Below, one piece after another: positions 19,311 to 29,140 of a DNA stretch of 64,000 nucleotides. Below the pieces are notes generated by a model that searched no databases, was not told the DNA's origin, and saw only the letters and a list, made by a program, of their open reading frames with translations. The translations under genes and the position numbers were made by a program. Each line of letters starts with the position of its first letter. Position 1 is the first letter of the stretch. The DNA is from Alphaproteobacteria bacterium (GTDB lineage: Bacteria; Pseudomonadota; Alphaproteobacteria; Rickettsiales; UBA3002), in contig JANRKD010000012.1 in assembly GCA_033763655.1 (NCBI GenBank), positions 26,606 through 90,605 of the forward strand, in the 5' to 3' direction.

Positions 19311-19335
19311 CCGAATCGCACGGAGCGTCGGCGCG

Positions 19336-20934
19336 CTAGCGGCGATAGCGGGAGGTCGGCAGTTGCCCCGGCGTGCGCTGCACAGGTGACGACATGCCCA
19401 GATCCCGCACGGTGCCGCAGCGCAGTTTCGTTTCCTCTTCCTCCTGCTGCGCGGTGACCCCGGCGCACAGATTGCTGACAAAGCCCACATGCATCACCGG
19501 CCCGACCCGCAGCCAGACCTGCGAAACGCCGCGCACCTGCTGCTGGTAAGGCGCAGTCAGCCGCACCCGCACCACCGGGAAATCGGGGTGAATCTGGCGA
19601 TATTCCGCCCAATAGGCGAGGGCTTCCCCGTTGCTGGCAAACGGCCCGATCTGCGCCCAGAAGGCTTTCTGGCCTTCGCTCGCACTCGGGCTTAACGATA
19701 CAGCGGGCACGACCGGCGCGACAGGGACAGCCTGAATAACCGCAGGGGCTGCGGGCGGCGCGGTTATCTGCGTGACGGGGACGCGCCTGGCTTCCTCCAC
19801 CTGCACCGAACCATCCGCCGCCGGGGAAGCCACCGCCGCCGGGGAAGCCACCGGTTCGGGCAACGGCAGGGGCGCTGGCGCACTGGCGGCCAGCAATGTT
19901 TCACGATCCTGCGCCCGCAACGGCGCGGGGGGGGGCGGCAACTGCAGCGACGGCGCGGACATGGCGAGTGGTGCGGCGTTCAATGCCACCGACGGCATCG
20001 CCGCCAGAGGGGTCGCGGGCGAGGCCAGCGAATTGGCAGGCTCCGGCACCAGCACGGGAAGCGGCGCAGGCATGGGGAGCGCCTGCGCATCCACCGTTTC
20101 GATTGGCGCGGCGGCAGGAGAAGGTGCCAGCTTCGGGGCCGGCTTCACTTCGGGCGCATCACTGCTGAAGGGGTTCAGTCGCGACCAGAAACTACGGTGC
20201 GAATCTTTCGAAACCGCCGCCAGATCGGCGTGCACTTTCGGCTGATTCTCGATGGCAGTATCCAGCGCACTTGCCACTTCGGGCGCGGCACGATCCGCCG
20301 TATCCATCTCCATCGCCGACATGGTCGCCGCCGCGCCGATGCTGCCCAATGCCTCGCGGTTCAGCGGGTCACGCGCCGGGGCCTCGTTCAGGATACTCAG
20401 CCTGCGGGTGACATCGGGCGCATTATCCGTCGCCACCGCCGACGCGGCCATGGACATGACCGGTGCCGGGGCTGCCGCATTGCTGCCTGCGGCGGCAGAT
20501 GCCTTCGTCGCGCCTTCTTTTGCGGGAGAACTCTCCATCGCCGTCTGCACGATATAGCATTCATCCCCGGCGCCGTTTAGCTGCGCGCAGAGGGCCTGCG
20601 CCGCCGCGCGATTTTCGACCGGCCCCGCCTGCGTGCGGTAGACCGTGAGGTTATCGGGCGGCAGTTTCACCTCGCGGATACTGCTGGCCAGTTTGCCAAG
20701 GGAAGCAGCGTGTTTTGCGGTTACTTCGCCCAGCCGTTTTTCGGCTTCCGCGCGGGTTTCAAACGAACCGAACTGAAGCATGGTCAGCGACGCAGCGAAA
20801 GCAGAAACGGCCACCGATGACGCCACTGCAAACGCAAACGCTAAGCGAATAGGTTTCACAAAATCCTCAGTCAGGGCGGTGACATGTTGTTCTTTTACAA
20901 CAGCGTGTCTAAGGGAATCAGGGCAACCGCGCAA
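19336..20934 (-). CDS. SPOR-domain protein (two SPOR-like domains with a long Pro/Ala-rich linker)
   Basis: N-terminal anchor, then LQFGSFETRAEAEKRL...VYRTQAGPV. C-terminal FWAQIGPFASNGEALAYWAEY...LRVGPV. The true start is uncertain. Confidence 0.65.
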   Translation of the reverse strand: MRGCPDSLRHAVVKEQHVTALTEDFVKPIRLAFAFAVASSVAVSAFAASLTMLQFGSFETRAEAEKRLGEVTAKHAASLGKLASSIREVKLPPDNLTVYRTQAGPVENRAAAQALCAQLNGAGDECYIVQTAMESSPAKEGATKASAAAGSNAAAPAPVMSMAASAVATDNAPDVTRRLSILNEAPARDPLNREALGSIGAAATMSAMEMDTADRAAPEVASALDTAIENQPKVHADLAAVSKDSHRSFWSRLNPFSSDAPEVKPAPKLAPSPAAAPIETVDAQALPMPAPLPVLVPEPANSLASPATPLAAMPSVALNAAPLAMSAPSLQLPPPPAPLRAQDRETLLAASAPAPLPLPEPVASPAAVASPAADGSVQVEEARRVPVTQITAPPAAPAVIQAVPVAPVVPAVSLSPSASEGQKAFWAQIGPFASNGEALAYWAEYRQIHPDFPVVRVRLTAPYQQQVRGVSQVWLRVGPVMHVGFVSNLCAGVTAQQEEEETKLRCGTVRDLGMSSPVQRTPGQLPTSRYRR

Positions 20935-21063
20935 GCGCTTTTTAGCTGAGGATACCCCCCACTTCCCGCGCGCAATTTGCTTTTCATCCGGGCAAAGCTT
21001 CGCTAAAGCAACGATGACTTGCGTTTTTCCACCCCACCTCCATCCTTGCCCTTAAGGTACCGA

Positions 21064-22812
21064 ATGAACACTGCTGCCACTGCTAAATCCTGGCCTTTCG
21101 AAGAGGCCCGCGCCCTGCTCACCCGGATGGAGCGCCTGAAGGAGAAGAAAGACACGGTGCTGTTTGAAACGGGCTACGGCCCCTCGGGCCTGCCGCATAT
21201 CGGCACGTTCGGCGAGGTGGCACGCACCGCGATGGTGCGCCATGCCTTTGAAACGCTGACTGCCGGCCAGTATAAAACGCGCCTCATCTGCTTTTCCGAC
21301 GATATGGACGGCCTGCGCAAAGTGCCAGACAACCTGCCTAACGCGGCGATGATTGCGCAAAATCTCGGCAAGCCGCTGACCGCAATCCCCGACCCGTTTG
21401 GCACCCACGAGAGCTTCGGCCACCACATGAACGCCCGCCTGCGCGCCTTCCTCGATAATTTCGGCTTCGATTACGAGTTCCGCTCCTCGACGGAAACCTA
21501 CCGCAGCGGCGCGTTCGACACGGCCCTGCGCAATATCCTCGCCAATTACGACAAGGTGATGGATGTCATGCTGCCGACCCTGGGCGAGGAGCGCGCGGAA
21601 ACCTATGCGCCGTTCTTGCCCGTGTCGCCCGTTTCCGGCAAGGTCCTGCTCGCGAAGGTTGTTAAAACCGATGTGGCAAAAGGCACCATCACCTACCTCG
21701 AAGAGGACGGCTCGGAGGTGGAAACGCCCGTCACCGGCGGCCACTGCAAGCTGCAATGGAAGCCCGACATGGGCATGCGCTGGGCGGCGCTCGGGGTCGA
21801 TTACGAGATGTATGGCAAGGATCACCTCGCCAGCGCAAAACTGTATGACGCCATCTGCCGTATTGCGGGCGGCACCCCGCCCCAGCAGATGATGTTCGAG
21901 CTGTTTCTCGACGAGAACGGCCAGAAGATTTCCAAATCCAAAGGCAACGGCATCACGATTGACGAATGGCTGAAATACGCGCCCGAGGAATCGCTGGCGC
22001 TGTATATGTTCACCAACCCGCGCCGCGCCAAGAAGCTGTATTTCGACGTCATCCCGCAACAGGTGGATGACTACCTGACCTATCTGGAGAAATACCATCA
22101 GCTTACAGTGGGCAATAGCAGCGACATTGGCTCCCGCTCCCCCCTTGCGGGGGAGCCCGATCCGTCTTCGGATGGGGTGGGGGGACAAACCGCGAAGAAT
22201 ACCCCCCCCGGATTTACAAGTGCAAATCCCGCCCACCCGCAAGGGGTGGGCACGCCCGCGTCGCTGCTTGCGCTCAACCCTGCGGCACTCGACAATCCCG
22301 TCTGGCATATCCATGGCGGCACGCCTCCGGCGCCGGAATCTTCCCTGCGTTTCAGCCTGCTGCTCAACCTTGTTTCCGCCTGCAACGCCGAGGATACATC
22401 CGTGCTCTGGGGTTTCCTGAAACGCGAATTGCCCGAAGCCACGCCGGAAAATTCACCGATGCTGGATCAATTATGCGGCTATGCCGTGCGCTATTACCAC
22501 GACTTCGTGAAGCCGCACAAAAAGTTCCGTGCGCCGACCGAAATCGAGCGCGCAGCATTGCTCGAATTGCGCAGCTACCTTGCTGCGCTGGCCGACGGCA
22601 CGCCCGCCGAGGATATCCAGACCCGCATTTATGAAATCGGGGTGGCACATTACAGCAAGGAAACTTTGCGCGAATGGTTCAAAGCCACCTATGAACTGCT
22701 GCTTGGCGCCTCTCAGGGCCCGCGCATGGGCAGCTTCATCCACCTCTTTGGCGCGCGCGGAACCATCGGGCTGATCGACGCGGCGCTGGGGCAAAAGGAC
22801 GTGGCGGCTTGA
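21064..22812 (+). CDS. lysK: Class I lysine--tRNA ligase
   Basis: Start trimmed to MNTAATAKSWPFEEA. HIGH-type motif (GPSGLPHIGTFGE) and KMSKS-type motif (KISKSKGNG). Confidence 0.9.
   Translation: MNTAATAKSWPFEEARALLTRMERLKEKKDTVLFETGYGPSGLPHIGTFGEVARTAMVRHAFETLTAGQYKTRLICFSDDMDGLRKVPDNLPNAAMIAQNLGKPLTAIPDPFGTHESFGHHMNARLRAFLDNFGFDYEFRSSTETYRSGAFDTALRNILANYDKVMDVMLPTLGEERAETYAPFLPVSPVSGKVLLAKVVKTDVAKGTITYLEEDGSEVETPVTGGHCKLQWKPDMGMRWAALGVDYEMYGKDHLASAKLYDAICRIAGGTPPQQMMFELFLDENGQKISKSKGNGITIDEWLKYAPEESLALYMFTNPRRAKKLYFDVIPQQVDDYLTYLEKYHQLTVGNSSDIGSRSPLAGEPDPSSDGVGGQTAKNTPPGFTSANPAHPQGVGTPASLLALNPAALDNPVWHIHGGTPPAPESSLRFSLLLNLVSACNAEDTSVLWGFLKRELPEATPENSPMLDQLCGYAVRYYHDFVKPHKKFRAPTEIERAALLELRSYLAALADGTPAEDIQTRIYEIGVAHYSKETLREWFKATYELLLGASQGPRMGSFIHLFGARGTIGLIDAALGQKDVAA
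22110..22280. repeat. Palindromic repeat block lying in frame inside lysK
   Basis: Hairpins gctccccccttgcgggggagc (22145-22165, identical 21-mer at 28870-28890), atccg-tctt-cggat, ggattt-acaagtgc-aaatcc, and cccaccc-gcaa-ggggtggg. Boundaries are approximate. Confidence 0.5.
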
Positions 22813-23636
22813 TGTCCATGAACCTCGAAGAAATTATCGGCAATTACGACGCTTTCATCGTCGATCTGTGGGGCGTCATCCATGATGGAACGCATCTCTA
22901 CCCCGGCGCAGCGGAAACGCTGGCGCTGCTGCACAGCCTCAACAAACCGGTGGTGTTTCTATCAAACGCGCCGCGCATATCGGCCAAAGCGCAGGGCAAC
23001 CTCGACCGCCTGAACATCCCGCGCAGCCATTATCTTGAAATCGTCACCAGCGGTCAGGTGGCGCATGATTTATTGGCGCGCGACGCAAGCCCCAAACGCC
23101 GCTACTACTACCTCGGCCCCAGCAAGGACGAAGACGTGCTCGATGATTTACCCAATTACCAGCGCGTCGATGAACCCGCCGAGGCCGGCTTCATCCTCTG
23201 CACCGGTTACGAGGAAGACGGCCAGCCTCACGAGGAAATTGTGCCGCTGCTGCTGCAACTCCTGCATCTGCCGATGCTATGCATCAACCCCGATATGGAG
23301 GTGGTGAAGCAGGACGGCACGCAGTGGCTGTGCGCGGGCGCGGTGGCCACCGAGTTCACGCAGTTGGGCGGCAAAGTAGCCTATACCGGCAAGCCCTTCC
23401 CTGAAGTCTATCAGGTCTGCAAGCTGCTGCTGGGCAACCTGCGCACGCTATGCGTGGGCGACAACCCCGCGACCGACATCAAAGGCGCGAACGAGGCGGG
23501 ATTCGACAGCCTGCTCATCACCGGCGGCGTGCTCAAAGCCCGCTACGGCGAGCAGTTGAGCCACGATCAGGCGCGCGAAATCTGCGCCATCGCGAAGGTG
23601 ACGCCGACCTTTGTGCTGGGCGGGTTCGGGCTGTAA
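22809..23636 (+). CDS. HAD superfamily class IIA hydrolase (TIGR01459-like)
   Basis: 275 aa with motif I FIVDLWGVIHDG, LSNAPR, and GDNPATDIKGA. Start overlaps the lysK stop. Confidence 0.75.
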   Translation: MMSMNLEEIIGNYDAFIVDLWGVIHDGTHLYPGAAETLALLHSLNKPVVFLSNAPRISAKAQGNLDRLNIPRSHYLEIVTSGQVAHDLLARDASPKRRYYYLGPSKDEDVLDDLPNYQRVDEPAEAGFILCTGYEEDGQPHEEIVPLLLQLLHLPMLCINPDMEVVKQDGTQWLCAGAVATEFTQLGGKVAYTGKPFPEVYQVCKLLLGNLRTLCVGDNPATDIKGANEAGFDSLLITGGVLKARYGEQLSHDQAREICAIAKVTPTFVLGGFGL

Positions 23637-23765
23637 TTCTTTGCGGCATCGAAGGGGCCTTGGGCCGTGGCGGGGGATCCCGGTACGCGCTACGCTTGGC
23701 CGGGATGATGCCCTAAACAAACCTCTGTGCTTGCTGCGCTTTTGAAATCCGCTATAAACGCGGTT

Positions 23766-25163
23766 ATGAGCGAAAAGAAAGCAGCAGCGAACAGCATGTG
23801 GGGTGGGCATTATACGCTCGGCCCGGCGGAAGCGTTTGCGGCTATTAATCCCAGTATCGCCATCGACCAGCGGCTTTACGCCGAGGATATTCAAGGCTCC
23901 CTCGCCCATGCCGCCATGCTCGCGAAAGTGGGAATCCTGAGCGCGGATGAGCAGCAGGAAATCGCGCGCGGCCTCGCACAGGTGAAGGCGGAAATCGAAG
24001 CAGGCACGCTGAAATTCAGCGCGGCACTGGAAGACATCCACATGAACATCGAGTCCCGCCTCAAAGACATCATCGGCGCGCCCGCTGGCAAACTGCACAC
24101 TGCCCGCTCGCGCAACGATCAGGTCGCCACCGACCTGCGGCTTTATGCGCGCACGCTGTGCGGGCATCTGGATGCGGCGTTGCAGGCGCTACAGGCCGCC
24201 CTCCTCGCGCAGGCGGAGCATACTATCGACACGGTGATGCCCGGCCTGACACATCTGCAACCGGCGCAACCGATCAGCTTCGCGCATCATTTGCTGGCGT
24301 ATGTTGAAATGTTCGGGCGCGACCGGGGCCGCATCGCAGATGCCGCGAAACGCCTGAACGAATGCCCGCTGGGCGCGGCGGCGCTGGCCGGCACCACCTA
24401 CCCTATCGACCGCGCGATGACCGCTGAAATCCTCGGCTTTGACCACCCGATGCGCAACTCGCTCGATGCCGTCTCGGCGCGCGATTATGTGGTGGAGCTG
24501 CTGGCGGCCTTTGCCATCATCGCCACCCACCTGTCGCGTCTGGCCGAGGAACTGGTGCTGTGGACATCACCGCTCGTCGGCTTCGTGAAATTGAGCGAAG
24601 CCTTCACCAGCGGTTCTTCTATCATGCCGCAAAAACGCAACCCCGATGCGGCCGAACTGGTGCGCGGTAAAACGGGCGGCATCGTAGGCGCGCTGGTGGC
24701 GATGCTCACCACCCTCAAAGCCCTGCCGCTCGCCTACAACAAGGATATGCAAGAAGACAAACGCCCGTTCTTTTTTGCGGGCGATGAAATCCTGCTCAGC
24801 CTCAAGGCAATGACGGGTATGGTCGCCGACCTGCAGCCGCAGACGGATGCCATGCGCGCCGCCTGCTCGCGCGGCTACCTCAATGCCACCGACCTGGCCG
24901 ACTGGCTGGTGCAGCATGCGGGCGTGCCTTTCCGCGAGGCGCATCACCTCACCGGGCAATTGGTCAGGCTGGCCGAGCAGGAAAAATGTGGGCTGGAGGA
25001 TTTATCCCTCGCACAGATGCAGGCCGTCCACCCGGCCATCACCGCCGATATTTTCGCCGCGATTGCGCTTAATGCCTGCGTCGCGCGCCGCACCAGCGCC
25101 GGCGGCACCGCCCCCGAACGTGTGCGCGAGGCCCTCACCGCAGCAAGAAAGGCATGGTTATGA
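23766..25163 (+). CDS. argH: Argininosuccinate lyase
   Basis: Start trimmed to [17 protein letters not shown]. Fumarate-lyase signature [12 protein letters not shown]. Confidence 0.92.
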   Translation: MSEKKAAANSMWGGHYTLGPAEAFAAINPSIAIDQRLYAEDIQGSLAHAAMLAKVGILSADEQQEIARGLAQVKAEIEAGTLKFSAALEDIHMNIESRLKDIIGAPAGKLHTARSRNDQVATDLRLYARTLCGHLDAALQALQAALLAQAEHTIDTVMPGLTHLQPAQPISFAHHLLAYVEMFGRDRGRIADAAKRLNECPLGAAALAGTTYPIDRAMTAEILGFDHPMRNSLDAVSARDYVVELLAAFAIIATHLSRLAEELVLWTSPLVGFVKLSEAFTSGSSIMPQKRNPDAAELVRGKTGGIVGALVAMLTTLKALPLAYNKDMQEDKRPFFFAGDEILLSLKAMTGMVADLQPQTDAMRAACSRGYLNATDLADWLVQHAGVPFREAHHLTGQLVRLAEQEKCGLEDLSLAQMQAVHPAITADIFAAIALNACVARRTSAGGTAPERVREALTAARKAWL

Positions 25164-25357
25164 TCCGCACCCTTTCCCTCATCGTGCTCGCGTTGGTTAT
25201 AGCGAGTTGCGGCGTTAAGCGCCCACTCTTGCGCCCAAAAGACATCCCCGCCTACGAGGAACAAAAGCGCAAGAAACGTGAGGAGCTGGAGCAAGACCAG
25301 ATTGAGCTCGACCGCGAAGATGCTGCCGATGCTGCTGCGCCGGAAAGCAGCAAGTAA
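25154..25357 (+). CDS. Small lipoprotein upstream of lysA
   Basis: 67 aa with a signal peptide and lipobox LVIASC. Charged tail. A small lipoprotein gene before lysA is a recurrent arrangement in proteobacteria. Confidence 0.6.
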   Translation: MVMIRTLSLIVLALVIASCGVKRPLLRPKDIPAYEEQKRKKREELEQDQIELDREDAADAAAPESSK

Positions 25358-26610
25358 TGGATTATTTCATCTATAAGAACGGCGCGCTGCATGCCGAAGA
25401 TGTCGCCATCGCCGATATTGCTGCCACGGTCGGCACCCCTTTTTACTGCTATAGCCACGCCACCCTCGCCCGTCATGCACAGGTGTTTTCGGATTCGCTC
25501 GCAGCGCTCAAACCGCTGGTCTGTTTTGCGGTCAAGGCCAACAGCAACCTCGCAGTGCTCAAAACACTGGCGGAGTGCGGCCTTGGAGCCGATGTTGTCT
25601 CCGAAGGTGAACTGCGGCGGGCGCTGGCCGCAGGGATTCCAGCCGGGAAAATCGTATTCTCGGGCGTCGGCAAAACACGGCAGGAAATGGCTTTCGCCCT
25701 CGCGACAGGGATTTTCCAGTTCAATGTCGAATCCGAAAGCGAGCTGATTGCCCTGAACGACGTGGCGGCGTCGCGCGGCCTGAAGGCGCCGATGGCGCTG
25801 CGCGTCAACCCCGATGTCGATGCCAAAACCCACGCCAAAATCTCGACCGGCAAAAAGGAAAACAAGTTTGGCATCGCCATCGACGATGCAGCGCGCCTCT
25901 ATACCCTCGCGCAATCGCTGCCCCATATCGCGGTGCAGGGCGTGTCGGTGCATATCGGCTCGCAACTGACGGAGCTTGCGCCCTTCCGCGCCGCCTATGC
26001 GCGGGTGCGCGCGCTGGTCGAACATTTGCGTGCCTGCGGCATCGCCATTCGCACAATCGACCTTGGCGGCGGGCTGGGCGTGCCCTATGCCAGCGACGAC
26101 GCACCCCCCCCACCCGCTGAATACGGCGCGCTGGTCACCGAGATGTTCGGCGATTTCGGCGCGGAATTTATTTTCGAACCGGGGCGGCTCATCAGCGCCA
26201 ATGCGGGGATTCTGGTGACGCAGGTGACCTACGTGAAACACGCCGAGCAGGTCTATGTAATTGTCGATGCGGGCATGAACGACCTCATGCGTCCCGCGCT
26301 TTACGATGCGGTGCATGCCGTGGTGCCGGTGCGCGAAAGCGACGGCGCGATGACCAGCGTTTCGATCGTCGGCCCGGTCTGCGAATCAACCGATGTGTTT
26401 TTGAAAAACGCCGCCCTGCGCCTGCCCAACGAAGGCGATTTGCTGGCGCTGCGCACCGCCGGGGCCTATGGCGCATCGTTAAGCAACAGCTACAATTCGC
26501 GCCTGCTGGTGCCGGAAGTCATGGTGCGCGGCGCGGTGTTCAGCGTCATCCGCCCACGCCCCACTTACGCGCAAATGCTTGCAGCAGAGATAATCCCCGA
26601 CTGGGTTTAG
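25357..26610 (+). CDS. lysA: Diaminopimelate decarboxylase
   Basis: 417 aa, PLP-dependent Orn/DAP/Arg decarboxylase family (FAVKANSN PLP-lysine region, GGGLGVPY, CESTD). Confidence 0.92.
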   Translation: MDYFIYKNGALHAEDVAIADIAATVGTPFYCYSHATLARHAQVFSDSLAALKPLVCFAVKANSNLAVLKTLAECGLGADVVSEGELRRALAAGIPAGKIVFSGVGKTRQEMAFALATGIFQFNVESESELIALNDVAASRGLKAPMALRVNPDVDAKTHAKISTGKKENKFGIAIDDAARLYTLAQSLPHIAVQGVSVHIGSQLTELAPFRAAYARVRALVEHLRACGIAIRTIDLGGGLGVPYASDDAPPPPAEYGALVTEMFGDFGAEFIFEPGRLISANAGILVTQVTYVKHAEQVYVIVDAGMNDLMRPALYDAVHAVVPVRESDGAMTSVSIVGPVCESTDVFLKNAALRLPNEGDLLALRTAGAYGASLSNSYNSRLLVPEVMVRGAVFSVIRPRPTYAQMLAAEIIPDWV

Positions 26611-26634
26611 ATAGCCACGGCTGGCTGCCACCGG

Positions 26635-26752
26635 CCACTTCCCTATCCCTTGTCATGCCAGCTTTACGCTGGCATCCATCTCCTATGAATATCTGCGGCG
26701 CAGACGCGCCGCGCTGGATGCCAAATCACGTTTGGCATGACATGTGGTGAGG
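26635..26752. repeat. About 120-bp palindromic (REP/MITE-like) element, copy 2
   Basis: Aligns by eye along its whole length with 11125-11245 and has the same three hairpins. Sits between the convergent lysA and hpt genes. Confidence 0.7.
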
Positions 26753-26791
26753 TTGGGTGCTTCTCTGGCAACTGTCGGCTGCGAACTGCCC

Positions 26792-27328
26792 TTAATGCAC
26801 ATCCAAATAGCCGATGAACGGCAGCTCGCGGTAATGATTGGCATAATCGAGGCCGTACCCGACCACGAATTTATCCGGAATGCTGAAGCCGACGAAATCC
26901 GCTTTCCCGGCCACTTCCAGCTTGCCCGGCTTTTCGAGCAGCACCGCAATTTTTACATCCGTTGCGCCGCGCTCGATCATCAAATCATGGGCAAAGCGCA
27001 GGGTGCGCCCGGTCTCGAGAATGTCATCGACAATCAGCACCTGCCTGCCCTCGACCTCGTCGCCGACATCGCGCCCGACCACCACCTGCCCCGAGCTGTG
27101 GGCGGCAGAGCCGTAGCTGCTTAAGGTCATGAAGTCGATTTGCGGATGCACCCCGATCGCGCAAAGTTCGCGCACCAGATCGGCGGTGAACATAAAGGAG
27201 CCGCGCAGCAGCGACACAATCAGGAAATCGCCGGTTATCTTCGCCGCGATTTCGCTGGCCAGCGCCTCGACGCGCTCTTTGATTTCAGCCGCCGTGAACA
27301 ATACGGGAATCGAACGTTTCTCAGCCAT
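26792..27328 (-). CDS. hpt: Hypoxanthine phosphoribosyltransferase
   Basis: 178 aa with PRPP-binding motif VLIVDDILETGRT. Confidence 0.9.
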   Translation of the reverse strand: MAEKRSIPVLFTAAEIKERVEALASEIAAKITGDFLIVSLLRGSFMFTADLVRELCAIGVHPQIDFMTLSSYGSAAHSSGQVVVGRDVGDEVEGRQVLIVDDILETGRTLRFAHDLMIERGATDVKIAVLLEKPGKLEVAGKADFVGFSIPDKFVVGYGLDYANHYRELPFIGYLDVH

Positions 27329-27358
27329 GATGGTTCTTTTTCTTAGGGTTAGCGACCG

Positions 27359-28066
27359 CTAGCGCATCAACAGTTGCAGCGGGTTGCCCATATCCACCAC
27401 AATGCTGCTGACATTACCAGCGAACACTGTCTCGACGTTGGTGATGCGGAACGGATAAACCTCACCGGCTTTCAACTGCGCATTGACCGGATAGTCGCGC
27501 CCCCAGATGGCTTGATCGGTTTTGTCACGCAGCGCGACCCGCACACTCGGCACCGCGCGGGTGGCCGTGCTGTGGTTGCGGATACTTCCCGAGAGAATGA
27601 ACTTCGTTTTGCTGCCTTCGCGCACCCGCTCCATGGTCACGTCGGAGAAAATGAGGCCGTCGGTGGTCTGCACCCCCAGCGCGGCGTAAATATCCTTGAG
27701 CACGGGCCGATGCATCCAGCTCGGGTAATAGGTGGCAAAAGCCAGCACCAGCCACAGCGCCGCAAGGGCAGGCGCAGCGATTTTGAAGGGTGTGGCGCGC
27801 ATGGGTTTGCGGGCAATGACCGGCAGGTTAAACCCCGGCTTGAGCGGCGTCACAGGCACGGCGCCATCGCCCATCGCCGCTTCGACCTGACGCATAAAAT
27901 CATCATCCCCGGGGGCGGCGGCTTGCGTCCCCACCGGAGCGGGCGGCGGCGCTTCGCATTGCCATGCGTGGCTGCAACGGCCACAGCGCACCATGCGCCC
28001 GCCCGGGGGAATCTGGGCGTCGGCCACCATGAAACGTGCCTGACATGCGGGACATTCGAGAATCAT
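27359..28066 (-). CDS. MJ0042-type zinc-ribbon / DUF3426 membrane protein (ZitP-like)
   Basis: Start trimmed to MILECPACQARFMVADAQIPPGGRMVRCGRCSHAW (CxxC...CxxC finger), followed by a TM and a C-terminal beta-rich domain. Divergent from ftsE. Confidence 0.7.
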   Translation of the reverse strand: MILECPACQARFMVADAQIPPGGRMVRCGRCSHAWQCEAPPPAPVGTQAAAPGDDDFMRQVEAAMGDGAVPVTPLKPGFNLPVIARKPMRATPFKIAAPALAALWLVLAFATYYPSWMHRPVLKDIYAALGVQTTDGLIFSDVTMERVREGSKTKFILSGSIRNHSTATRAVPSVRVALRDKTDQAIWGRDYPVNAQLKAGEVYPFRITNVETVFAGNVSSIVVDMGNPLQLLMR

Positions 28067-28123
28067 ACGCCCGCACAATAAACCATTTGGTGCAATGCTG
28101 CCAGTCGATTATAAGGGAGTGGA

Positions 28124-28786
28124 ATGATACGCTGCAACAACATCACCCTCGAATACGTCGTCGGCAAACCGGTGCTGCGGCATGTCAACCTGCACCTCGA
28201 AGCGGGCTCGTTCACCTTTGTTTCGGGTGCCAGCGGCGCCGGAAAATCCTCACTGCTGTCGATGCTGTCACTGTCGCTGCAGCCCAGCTCAGGCAGCCTG
28301 CAACTCTTCGGCACGGATGTCACCAACCTCACGCGCGAGCAACTCCCCGCCGCGCGGCGAAAAATCGGCACGGTCTTTCAGGATTTCCAGTTGCTCAATC
28401 ATCTGACGGTGGCGGAGAACGTGGCGCTGCCGCTTAAAATTATCGGCGAATCGCACGAGGAAATCCACGCCAAGGTCAAGGAGCTGATTGGCTGGATCGG
28501 GCTTGAGGGCTTCGCGGATGTACGCCCGCCGCTGCTTTCGGGCGGCCAGAAGCAACGGGTGGCCATCGCCCGGGCAGTCATCAATAAACCGCTGCTGATT
28601 CTGGCCGATGAGCCGACCGGCAACCTCGACCATGAGCTGAGCATGAAGCTGATGTACCTGTTTCGCTCCCTCAACAAAGTCGGCACCACGATTGTGTTTG
28701 CAACCCATGACGCCGCGCTGCTCGAAGCATTCGAATACCCGACAATCTACCTGCGCGACGGGCAGTTGAGCCGCGCGCGGCGTTAG
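28124..28786 (+). CDS. ftsE: Cell-division ABC ATPase FtsE
   Basis: 220 aa with Walker [10 protein letters not shown], signature LSGGQKQR and Walker [14 protein letters not shown]. Confidence 0.88.
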   Translation: MIRCNNITLEYVVGKPVLRHVNLHLEAGSFTFVSGASGAGKSSLLSMLSLSLQPSSGSLQLFGTDVTNLTREQLPAARRKIGTVFQDFQLLNHLTVAENVALPLKIIGESHEEIHAKVKELIGWIGLEGFADVRPPLLSGGQKQRVAIARAVINKPLLILADEPTGNLDHELSMKLMYLFRSLNKVGTTIVFATHDAALLEAFEYPTIYLRDGQLSRARR

Positions 28787-28799
28787 CGCAATTTGGGTT

Positions 28800-29135
28800 C
28801 AACCTCTCCATTTTCCGTCATAGCGAAGGGTAGCCACGGCAATCCAGTTTGGCCACACGCTCTTCCTTTGCTCCCCCCTTGCGGGGGAGCGGGCGTTGCC
28901 CGAAGCCACGCCGTGGGGGGCATCCTTTGCCCAGCGACCTGCCGTCGGTATCACCCTCAAATATCACCCTCACCCCCCCACCGAAACGCTTGAAGAGAGC
29001 GTTTCGACTCCCCCGCGAGGGGGGAGTAGGCGGGAGTGCCTCAGGCGCGGGGAGTGAAGGAGTGATGGCTTCAGCCTTTCAGCGTGAGGGTGCGCGGCAC
29101 GGCACCGCCCACGCCTCGCCATGACGGATGGTAGC
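28800..29135. repeat. Cluster of short palindromic repeat units
   Basis: Hairpins gctccccccttgcgggggagc (28870-28890), cgaaacgct-tgaagag-agcgtttcg (28982-29006), and ctcccccgcgaggggggag (29009-29027). No credible ORF. Confidence 0.5.
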
Positions 29136-29140
29136 AACGC

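Noticed and set aside
19198-19335. Chromosomal replication origin (oriC)
   Set aside because: Only 2-3 DnaA boxes lie within about 130 bp, there are no typical oriC flanking genes, and the AT-rich stretch is very short. It was kept as a DnaA-box finding but not called as oriC.
21052-22314. 420-aa ORF on the - strand
   Set aside because: Antisense shadow of lysK. It has low-complexity Arg/Gly/Ala composition and no recognisable domain.
25252-26316. 354-aa ORF on the - strand
   Set aside because: Antisense shadow of lysA, which has clear PLP-decarboxylase motifs.
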